Shown here: positions 27,109 through 33,969 of the stretch, in pieces
How positions within the stretch are numbered: position 1 is the first letter of the stretch
Layout of the letters: every line of letters starts with the position of its first letter
Virus record (IMG/VR): IMGVR_UViG_2630968766_000009
Direction: 5' to 3' (one strand)
Source: a virus
Taxonomy: Duplodnaviria; Heunggongvirae; Uroviricota; Caudoviricetes
DNA: 40,446 nt
The notes under the pieces: generated by a model
Database searches by the model: none
What the model saw: the letters and a program-made list of their open reading frames with translations, nothing else
Told to the model about the DNA's origin: nothing
Translations under genes and position numbers: made by a program

Positions 27109-27281
27109 TTATCTTCCTCCTGTTTCATATATCTAGGGTCAGATGCTTTAGGCTGGGTGATGCTATGCTCAATGGAGAAGCCGGACGCGCTCCATGTTGA
27201 TTTGCCAGTTTGAGCTATCGTGACAACACATTCATTATTGTCGATGTTAACTTCGCGCAGCACTGGTAACTGTGAATTCAT
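27105..27281 (-). CDS. Small hypothetical protein (58 aa) coupled to the HEPN-like gene
   Basis: Manual translation: MNSQLPVLREVNIDNNECVVTIAQTGKSTWSASGFSIEHSITQPKASDPRYMKQEEDK; a GGAG RBS precedes the ATG and the stop overlaps the next start. Confidence 0.4.
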   Translation of the reverse strand: MNSQLPVLREVNIDNNECVVTIAQTGKSTWSASGFSIEHSITQPKASDPRYMKQEEDK

Positions 27282-27443
27282 TTTCTAACTCCTGTTTAAT
27301 GTTGACACCGCATTTATGCTGTCACGACACAATTACTTTCTATCCTGCTGTGATGCTGCTGACAGCGGCATCCAATACCTTACCTTCTCAGCATTCTGCA
27401 AAATCGATGACGAGTCATGACCGGTTCGCGTAGCTCAGTGAAA

Positions 27444-28067
27444 TTACTGCAACCTTTCCTGACGGAAATATGGTAACACTCGACTCCACTTATCATCCTG
27501 CCAAGGCTGGAATTTTACATGTGCCGTTTCTCTGGCGAGGATTGCTCGCGCTCTGTTGAGTATCTGGGGATATTCTTGCTCGATAGAAGTAAAGCGACCG
27601 GCTTCGCGGTGCTCCGCGACCTGAAGAAGTGGAGTAACGTTCTGGCAGGCAGTTAACATCACATCACTTGCTCGCCATAACCAAGCAAGTGTGCAAAGTT
27701 CGTTATCAGTGAATTGTTTTGTGATTGGGGATTGTTGAATTTCTCGATCGAGAATATCCAGCACCCAGCGGCGGAACTCTTTGGCTACAGGAGTTCGTGC
27801 AAACATGGCGATCAGGTGAGCGCCGCGCAGGGAGAATACACGCACTTTTTTTCTGTAATTTCCTGAGGTCACTGATTCGATGACCTGAGTCATACCGCTA
27901 GTAAATTCGTCGGCATTCTGGTTGAACAGATTAGTTACTGACTTTGCGCTTTTGTACTGTAAAGCGTTCGCGATTTCGGTAGAGGTCAGCCAGATTCCTG
28001 TCATGCCAGCAACCGGTACAATCGCTTTACCTTGGAAGTTCAGATCTGATCTTGCTACAATATTCAT
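27444..28067 (-). CDS. Bro-N domain antirepressor-like protein
   Basis: Frame 27444-28148; N-terminal LNFQGKAIVPVAGMTGIWLTSTEIANALQY and ...SLRGAHLIAMFARTPVAKEFRRWVLDIL match the Bro-N pattern. Start chosen at MNIVAR (AGGA RBS); the alternative ATG at 28148 overlaps the upstream RHH gene. Confidence 0.65.
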   Translation of the reverse strand: MNIVARSDLNFQGKAIVPVAGMTGIWLTSTEIANALQYKSAKSVTNLFNQNADEFTSGMTQVIESVTSGNYRKKVRVFSLRGAHLIAMFARTPVAKEFRRWVLDILDREIQQSPITKQFTDNELCTLAWLWRASDVMLTACQNVTPLLQVAEHREAGRFTSIEQEYPQILNRARAILARETAHVKFQPWQDDKWSRVLPYFRQERLQ

Positions 28068-28137
28068 GTCGATATTTCCTACGCGGTTATTTTCGATAGA
28101 AGCCCCTGAGGTTGCCGCCAACGGGGCTTCGCTGTTT

Positions 28138-28296
28138 TTAGCGAGCATGTATCCGCTCTCTAAATTTCAATGCCCACACAAGCGCCTGAACAATAGCGGC
28201 GTTCTCAGACATCCCTTCCTCCTGTGCAATTCGCTTGAATTCATCCTTCACATTTTGCGGATAGCGAAGGGTGATTTTTACTTCTTTCTTTTCCAT
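28138..28296 (-). CDS. Arc-like ribbon-helix-helix repressor
   Basis: Frame trimmed to MEKKEVKITLRYPQNVKDEFKRIAQEEGMSENAAIVQALVWALKF... (52 aa); AGGAG RBS 7 nt upstream; RHH beta-strand and helix pattern. Confidence 0.6.
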   Translation of the reverse strand: MEKKEVKITLRYPQNVKDEFKRIAQEEGMSENAAIVQALVWALKFRERIHAR

Positions 28297-28396
28297 TGAT
28301 ATCTCCTTGTGAGGCCATAATGACACCATGAGGCCATAATGCCACCATTGAATTGATGTGGCAATATGGCACCATTCATTTTTTTGGGGATTTCCA
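28297..28396. promoter_or_regulatory. Divergent promoter/operator region with tandem 19-bp repeats
   Basis: gaggccataatgacaccat and gaggccataatgccaccat in tandem, then a third partial copy (gcaatatggcaccat), between the two divergently transcribed RHH genes. Confidence 0.4.
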
Positions 28397-28699
28397 ATGG
28401 CTGATAAACAAGTAAAAAACTATGATAAGTTTAACCTCCGTTTCCCTGATGGGATGCGTGAAGCTATAGCTGAACGTGCCAAGCGTAATGGCCGCTCAAT
28501 GAACTCAGAAATCGTGCAAATACTTGAAGATGCGCTTTATACAGACAGTGCACGAGTGTTCACCGTTGAAGATGAAGTGAATCACTCAGGGAATGTAGCA
28601 ATAGATCCCGTGCAACTTGAGAAATTAATGGAAAAAGTGATAAACAAGGCATTAATGGGCTTTACAGGATCGCCTGCAAAAAAAATTGATAAAAAATAA
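28397..28699 (+). CDS. Mnt/Arc-like ribbon-helix-helix repressor
   Basis: Frame trimmed to MADKQVKNYDKFNLRFPDGMREAIAERAKRNGRSMNSEIVQILEDAL..., close to the P22 Arc/Mnt RHH motif (FNLRxP...NGRSxNSEI), with about 50 extra C-terminal residues. Confidence 0.65.
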   Translation: MADKQVKNYDKFNLRFPDGMREAIAERAKRNGRSMNSEIVQILEDALYTDSARVFTVEDEVNHSGNVAIDPVQLEKLMEKVINKALMGFTGSPAKKIDKK

Positions 28700-28738
28700 A
28701 AAAATTATTAGAAACTTCTGCTATATGACTAAGGATAA

Positions 28739-29221
28739 ATGATGAGTAAATTTGATCGTTATTTACAAAGAGAAATTCTGGCTTTAGCTATTGATGCCTA
28801 CCCTGCTTATATTGGTCATAAACACTCTAAAATTCCAGCCAGCTATGAGTTATTAAAAAATGCCAAAGAAGATTTGGTGTATCCTAATATACATTACTTG
28901 CATGAACACAGCTTAATAAATTTCGATAAGATAGGATATAGAAATAACAACAGTAATCCCTTAGCATGGGTAAAAGCAACCTCTCACGGCATTGATTTCG
29001 TTCAGCAGGATGGAGGCCTTTCTGCCATTCTAAACGTCAAAACAATCAGGTTTCATAAAGACACTATAGTTGTACTGGAAGACCTCATAGCGATTTCAAA
29101 TATGAATGATACTGATAAAGAAAAGGCTAAATCTATTCTTTCTGAATTACCAGTTGATGCAATTAAAACAGTTGTACAAACACTTACAACTACAGCTCTA
29201 AATGCGTTGCTAAAATCATAA
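28739..29221 (+). CDS. Hypothetical protein (160 aa), AT-rich, downstream of the Mnt-like gene
   Basis: ORF begins 40 nt after the Mnt-like stop with an AAGGA RBS; no domain recognised. Confidence 0.45.
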   Translation: MMSKFDRYLQREILALAIDAYPAYIGHKHSKIPASYELLKNAKEDLVYPNIHYLHEHSLINFDKIGYRNNNSNPLAWVKATSHGIDFVQQDGGLSAILNVKTIRFHKDTIVVLEDLIAISNMNDTDKEKAKSILSELPVDAIKTVVQTLTTTALNALLKS

Positions 29222-29366
29222 ACGCTCCTATGAAAGGCTTGTCCTTATGGTTATGACTTAGGAGGATCATCGTTATCCCTCAATCAATAAATATAAATTT
29301 ACCACGACGAAATTAAATATTTTTAATACAACCGGCATTAACACTTAAAGCAATAATAGTGAGTTA

Positions 29367-29789
29367 TTAAGATGTAATACGGTAAGTTGAAGTATTTTCT
29401 CCTTTATAACAGTTCAAAACATTAAATTTATTGACCAATTTGACCATGCCAGAATTTACGTTTACCACTACCATTTCAACAACTGGCAGTTTCTTAAGCA
29501 ATGAAGAAATTACTTGAAATCCTATTGATTTTCCCTGCATGCTTTTAGCTATATGAATTTCATGCAAAAATATGTAACCTTCACGAGGGATTGATATATC
29601 CAAATTCATATATTCAATCTCTACATACCCAACTAAATAACCTTGGTGCTTTATAAAATAGATATTCTGCACATCATTGATTTCATAAACTTTTTGGCTC
29701 CAGCCATAACTAGAACGGTAGGTATTTAACGTTATAAGTTTTTTATCATCAGGTAGATTACAAGAAGCAAACTTAACAAAATTAACCAT
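29367..29789 (-). CDS. GNAT-family acetyltransferase-like protein
   Basis: 140-aa ORF in very AT-rich DNA; segment IFLHEIHIAKSMQGKSIGFQVISSLLKKL resembles GNAT motif A (R/Q-G-K-G-I-G with one substitution). Confidence 0.45.
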   Translation of the reverse strand: MVNFVKFASCNLPDDKKLITLNTYRSSYGWSQKVYEINDVQNIYFIKHQGYLVGYVEIEYMNLDISIPREGYIFLHEIHIAKSMQGKSIGFQVISSLLKKLPVVEMVVVNVNSGMVKLVNKFNVLNCYKGENTSTYRITS

Positions 29790-30112
29790 AATCTAACCTT
29801 CCGTTAATTTCCGAATAGTTATAATAAAAACATAATCGATTTGCCGTTTCTTATCCACAATATGGTAGACTCGTGAACGTGCTATAATGATATTATATCA
29901 TACCAACATTTTTATAGCTCTCCCTAAATTTTCGTCTTCAGTGGGCCACCTGAAAACACCGTTTGTCATGTTTTTCTACCTAGCGCCCTCTTTCGCCAGA
30001 ATACCTTCCTCCCGGTTGATACTGACTATGGTCGCACTAGTCGATTCTGCAACATCAGTCGCACAGAAATTCTGGTGCGTTTCCAAGTAGTGAATAATTG
30101 CCTCTTTGCCCG

Positions 30113-30814
30113 TCATACAGTTGCTCCTTTCAGTCCGAACTTCGCTTTAATTTCTGCGATCTTCGCCAGAGCCTGTGCACGATTTAGAGGTCTACCGCCC
30201 ATGACAGGAAGTTGTTTTACTGGTTCAGGTATAGCCTCACCACGGTTAATTCGTGCGGTCATACAGGACAGTTCATCGGCAGCCTTGCGCCGTAATTCCG
30301 CGTCAGTCAACGCATTGGCCCGCATGTTCTGATACAGGTTGGTAACCAGCCAGTAGTGCGCGTTTGATTTCCACGGATAAGACTCTGCATCCGGATACAG
30401 CCCGCGCTTCCGGCAATACTCGTAAACCATATCAACCAGCTCGCTGGCGTTTGGCAGCCCGGCGGTAACGGATGCTTCTTCCCGGCACCAGGCGACAAAC
30501 TGCCCGGGTGATGGCAGGAATGGTCGATTCTGCCGACGGGCTACGCGCATTCCAGCGTTAACCTGTTCCATTGTGGTGATCCCGTTTTCCCGGAAAGCCA
30601 GCACCCACTGGCGGCGGATTTCGTTCAGTTCATTCTGGTCACGGTTAGCCAGGCTCGCCGGGAAAGTTGCCAGTAACTGGCTGAACACACCATTGATGAT
30701 CTGCGCTACCTGTTGTACCTGCGGCTTTTCGTCGTACTGTTCCGGCATGTTGTTGGCGATCCGGCGCATCTGCTCACGGTCAAAGTTAACCATCTGTGCG
30801 GCGATGTTTTTCAT
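30113..30814 (-). CDS. P: Replication protein P (DnaB helicase loader)
   Basis: 233-aa ORF, lambda gpP length; start overlaps the O stop. Confidence 0.9.
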   Translation of the reverse strand: MKNIAAQMVNFDREQMRRIANNMPEQYDEKPQVQQVAQIINGVFSQLLATFPASLANRDQNELNEIRRQWVLAFRENGITTMEQVNAGMRVARRQNRPFLPSPGQFVAWCREEASVTAGLPNASELVDMVYEYCRKRGLYPDAESYPWKSNAHYWLVTNLYQNMRANALTDAELRRKAADELSCMTARINRGEAIPEPVKQLPVMGGRPLNRAQALAKIAEIKAKFGLKGATV

Positions 30815-31740
30815 AAATCCACCCCGTAAATCCAGTCAGTGTTTGTCAGGTCGAGTTTTGGTTTGCTGGCTATCATGCCTGCCTGTTGCTTGTTACGGTT
30901 GATTTCGAGTTGGGTCCACTTGTCGCGGAGTTTGGCCGGACTTAGCACGTTACCGGACCAGAAGTTGTCCTGGCATGCCCAGCGGAAAAGCACGCACATG
31001 TCGCGGTGGTTACGTCCGTCACGTTCACGCATCAGGCGGATATCGTTAGCCCACCCTGCAAAATTCGGTTTTCTGGCTGATGGTGCGATGGTCTTCACCA
31101 TGTCAAACATCCACTCTGCGGCGGTCAGGTCTTCTGCTGTCCCCCACTTGCTGCCGCTCTGAATTGCAGCATCTGGTTTCACCACAGGAAGATCGTTTTC
31201 TGGTTGGTCAGAGGATTCGCCAGAATTCTCGGACGAAAAAGGTTTTATATTGTCTTTTGTTAGTTTGTCTTTTGTGTTTACCTGATTCGGGTAAACGCCT
31301 TTACCTGATTTGGGTAAACTTTTCTTACCTGATTCAGGTAAATTTACCTCTTTCAGGTAAACTTTATTTTTCTTACCTGATTCGGGTAATGTTGACCATT
31401 CACTGACCACATTATTAATACCGATATTCCGCCCGCTCTGAATCAAAATCCCACGCTTTACCAGAACACTTTTTGCAGCAGAACACTTGTGCGGTAATAT
31501 CCCGGTCAATCCGGACAGTTGCTCGTTGCTCACCCAATCCAGTTTTTTATTAAAGCCATATGTTTTGCGCATGACAGCCAGGAAGACCAGAAGCTGGTGC
31601 TGTGTTAATCCGGCCAGCATCACAGCTTCCAGCAACTCATTTGCAATGCGCGTATAACCATCATCGAGATCTGCCACGCGCGGCTCCTTTTGTGCCGCAT
31701 CCGGCACTGGAAAATTGAATATCTCAGCAGTGTTTGCCAT
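30811..31740 (-). CDS. O: Replication initiator protein O
   Basis: Frame 30811-31830; start chosen at MANTAEIFNF... (ATG 31738-31740) because GGGAGGAATT lies just upstream. Internal LPESGKK repeats are encoded by the iterons; the C-terminal part is lambda O-like. Confidence 0.85.
   Translation of the reverse strand: MANTAEIFNFPVPDAAQKEPRVADLDDGYTRIANELLEAVMLAGLTQHQLLVFLAVMRKTYGFNKKLDWVSNEQLSGLTGILPHKCSAAKSVLVKRGILIQSGRNIGINNVVSEWSTLPESGKKNKVYLKEVNLPESGKKSLPKSGKGVYPNQVNTKDKLTKDNIKPFSSENSGESSDQPENDLPVVKPDAAIQSGSKWGTAEDLTAAEWMFDMVKTIAPSARKPNFAGWANDIRLMRERDGRNHRDMCVLFRWACQDNFWSGNVLSPAKLRDKWTQLEINRNKQQAGMIASKPKLDLTNTDWIYGVDL
31277..31391. repeat. Replication origin iterons (inside O) with adjacent AT-rich region
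   Basis: Five direct repeats of about 18 bp: ttacctgattcgggtaaa, ttacctgatttgggtaaa, ttacctgattcaggtaaa, ttacctctttcaggtaaa, ttacctgattcgggtaat. The AT-rich tract lies at 31230-31276. Confidence 0.6.
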
Positions 31741-31826
31741 AATTCCTCCCGCAATGAGTGTGTTACGATTTGCACCTGAAAGTCGGTTCTGTTCCCGCAG
31801 ACCGACTTTCGCCATTTTTGAACCTG

Positions 31827-32372
31827 TCATATTGCCCCCAGCATGGTGGTGACCATCGCCATCAATGGACCAGCCAGATCCGGGTCCACTCGAAACATCG
31901 ACACAATGCCTTCACTCATCTCCTTCAGTTTCTGGTGGCGTGGTGCGTTGAGAATGACCGCCTGCTTTGCCTCACAGAGTTCCTTTTCCATTTCAGCCAG
32001 CCGAGCCATGAAGCTATCCTGCTCAACCAGGTGGCCGCGATATTCCAGCGGTAGTACCGCCAGAATTGCCGGGGTCAGTTCACGCACGTTATTTCGGTAT
32101 TTTTCAGAATCGAATTTGTTATCGAGGAAGCGGAACAGCTTCTGGCGTGCACGGCTGACATCATCAGGGAAATCGATGGTGCCGCCGCCCTGCTCCCGAT
32201 ACTCATTCACAATGAGTGCGGCAACAACATCCTGATTATCTGCAGCCGACCAGGCGCGAACGGCATCACGGATTTTTTCGTGGCCTGGCACCTGTTTTAT
32301 TTGAGAACGATTTATCACCGCAGTCGGGCTAAATCCGCTAGTCTGTTGGTATGTAAGTGGTTGCATAATCAT
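31827..32372 (-). CDS. YdaT-family protein (cII-position regulator)
   Basis: 181-aa ORF immediately after the cro-like gene; segment NEYREQGGG...LTPAILAVLPLEYRGHL resembles remembered Rac YdaT. Confidence 0.55.
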   Translation of the reverse strand: MIMQPLTYQQTSGFSPTAVINRSQIKQVPGHEKIRDAVRAWSAADNQDVVAALIVNEYREQGGGTIDFPDDVSRARQKLFRFLDNKFDSEKYRNNVRELTPAILAVLPLEYRGHLVEQDSFMARLAEMEKELCEAKQAVILNAPRHQKLKEMSEGIVSMFRVDPDLAGPLMAMVTTMLGAI

Positions 32373-32396
32373 TGCCTTATCAGTTAACGCCGCAGT

Positions 32397-32624
32397 TTAG
32401 GCGGCAGAATTACTCGCGTTAAACAATGGTGCAAGGTCGGGACGAATATCTGCTGGTTTAATCTTTCCACCAGTGGCTGAGACAATTTTCATTACATAGC
32501 GGGCATCAATTCCCCCACCGTGTAGCCAACGCCAAACAGTGGGCTGGGCTACACCGCATAGATCTGCCAGTCGTTTTTGGCTACCTGTAATACTGATTGC
32601 GAGTTGAATGGTTTGATTTGTCAT
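32397..32624 (-). CDS. Cro-like HTH regulator (YdaS-type)
   Basis: Frame trimmed to MTNQTIQLAISITGSQKRLADLCGVAQPTVWRWLHGG...; AGGA RBS; divergent from cI. Confidence 0.65.
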   Translation of the reverse strand: MTNQTIQLAISITGSQKRLADLCGVAQPTVWRWLHGGGIDARYVMKIVSATGGKIKPADIRPDLAPLFNASNSAA

Positions 32625-32630
32625 TATCAA

Positions 32631-32734
32631 TTCCTATTGGTATTACAATGAATGGATAATAGCAATGCGTATTAACCCAATCAATAGCAAAACGTGTTTT
32701 GACCATCAATACGCAAGCGTATAAATTAAAACTT
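32631..32734. promoter_or_regulatory. oR-like region: divergent pR and pRM with operator-like imperfect palindromes
   Basis: Minus-strand TTGATT-N17-TATTAT (plus coordinates 32656-32684) upstream of the cro-like gene. Plus-strand TTGACC ... TATAAA 9 nt before the cI ATG. Motifs such as taatagcaatgcgtatta recur at the pL-side site. Confidence 0.4.
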
Positions 32735-33427
32735 ATGAAAAAAGAAACTCTTGCTGATCGCTTAAACCTAGCGATGGAACAATCTGGAATGTCTCAAGGC
32801 GCTCTTGCAAAGGCGTCTGGCGTAGCTCAACCCACAATCTGGAGACTGACAAGCGGCAACGCACGCGGCTCAACAAAAATTGTTGAAATAGCTAATGCAT
32901 TGGGTGTTCGAACAGAGTGGCTCTCATCAGGCATAGGCCCGATGAGAAATGACGGTCAACAATCAGGGAAGCCTGCTGCCAACCATCCCAAATACTTCAA
33001 GATTGACGTTCTTGATATAGAAGTGAGTGCCGGGCCGGGAGTCATCAACCGTGAGTTTGTAGAAGTTCTACGCTCGGTTGAGTACTCGTTTGACGATGCT
33101 CGTCACATGTTCGATGGCAGGAAGGCAGAAAATATCCGCATCATTAACGTACGCGGTGACAGCATGTCAGGAACGATCGAACCAGGTGATCTTCTGTTCG
33201 TTGATATCACTGTTAAATCTTTCGACGGTGATGGTATCTATGCGTTTCTGTATGACGACACAGCCCATGTTAAGCGCCTGCAAATGATGAAGGATAAACT
33301 GCTGGTTATCTCTGATAACAAGAGCTACTCACCGTGGGACCCAATCGAGAAAGACGAGATGAACCGGGTGTTTATCTTCGGGAAAGTTATTGGGAGCATG
33401 CCGCAAACATACAGGAAACATGGATAA
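32735..33427 (+). CDS. cI: CI-type repressor (N-terminal HTH, C-terminal LexA-like S24 autopeptidase)
   Basis: Frame trimmed to MKKETLADRLNLAMEQSGMSQGALAKASGVAQPTIWRL...; C-terminal GDSM...KRL Ser/Lys dyad. Confidence 0.85.
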   Translation: MKKETLADRLNLAMEQSGMSQGALAKASGVAQPTIWRLTSGNARGSTKIVEIANALGVRTEWLSSGIGPMRNDGQQSGKPAANHPKYFKIDVLDIEVSAGPGVINREFVEVLRSVEYSFDDARHMFDGRKAENIRIINVRGDSMSGTIEPGDLLFVDITVKSFDGDGIYAFLYDDTAHVKRLQMMKDKLLVISDNKSYSPWDPIEKDEMNRVFIFGKVIGSMPQTYRKHG

Positions 33428-33507
33428 TCAATAATAGCCTGATTAGACATTTGGGTGATGAGAGAGGCTGCAGAAACGCAGCCTGATTCTAAAATGGGAT
33501 ATAAAAA

Positions 33508-33969
33508 ATGAGAATACTAGGTGTTAGGGCGGCGCCCAAAGTTACATCTTTTGTTGTATATTGCACTGATGAGTCTGCACTCAAATGTGTTGATGTTATT
33601 AAAATACCTTCGACCTTAGACACACCAGAAAAATTAAAGTATGTGCGAAATAACATCCTCGACATTCTTAATTTATATAATGTTGAATTAGCTGCTATAC
33701 GCGTTACTGAATCAAACTCTGATAATCTTAGCATTGACCGCCTTTATATAGAAGCTGTTATTCAAGAAGCATTTTCAAGCAGTGATGTAAGAAGATATTA
33801 CACCATTAGAAAATCTGGTATGAAGTCATCATTGAACCTAACAGAGATCGAGTATAAAGAAATATTGAAGTCACACCGTAATATAAATGGAATCGATAAT
33901 TCTGGTTTTACAACTGAAACAAATGAAGCTGTTTTGGCTGCACTATCTGCGGAGGTAAGGGGATGCTGA
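33508..33969 (+). CDS. Hypothetical protein (153 aa), translationally coupled to the kinase gene
   Basis: AT-rich ORF MRILGVRAAPKVTSFVVYCTDE...; its stop overlaps the kinase start (ATGCTGA). No domain recognised with confidence. Confidence 0.55.
   Translation: MRILGVRAAPKVTSFVVYCTDESALKCVDVIKIPSTLDTPEKLKYVRNNILDILNLYNVELAAIRVTESNSDNLSIDRLYIEAVIQEAFSSSDVRRYYTIRKSGMKSSLNLTEIEYKEILKSHRNINGIDNSGFTTETNEAVLAALSAEVRGC

Noticed and set aside
29887-30090. 67-aa plus-strand ORF between the GNAT-like gene and P
   Set aside because: No RBS; overlaps the likely promoter region of the GNAT-like gene and the 3' end region of P; hydrophobic low-complexity translation. Probably spurious.
31277-31391. Short direct repeats considered as a possible CRISPR array
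   Set aside because: Repeats are about 18 bp with 4-10-bp spacers, lie inside the O gene in frame (encoding LPESGKK), and match the ori-lambda iteron architecture. No spacers of CRISPR size and no cas genes.
33489-33734. 81-aa minus-strand ORF
   Set aside because: Antisense to the 153-aa gene that is translationally coupled to the kinase; the AT-rich sequence gives a chance ORF.
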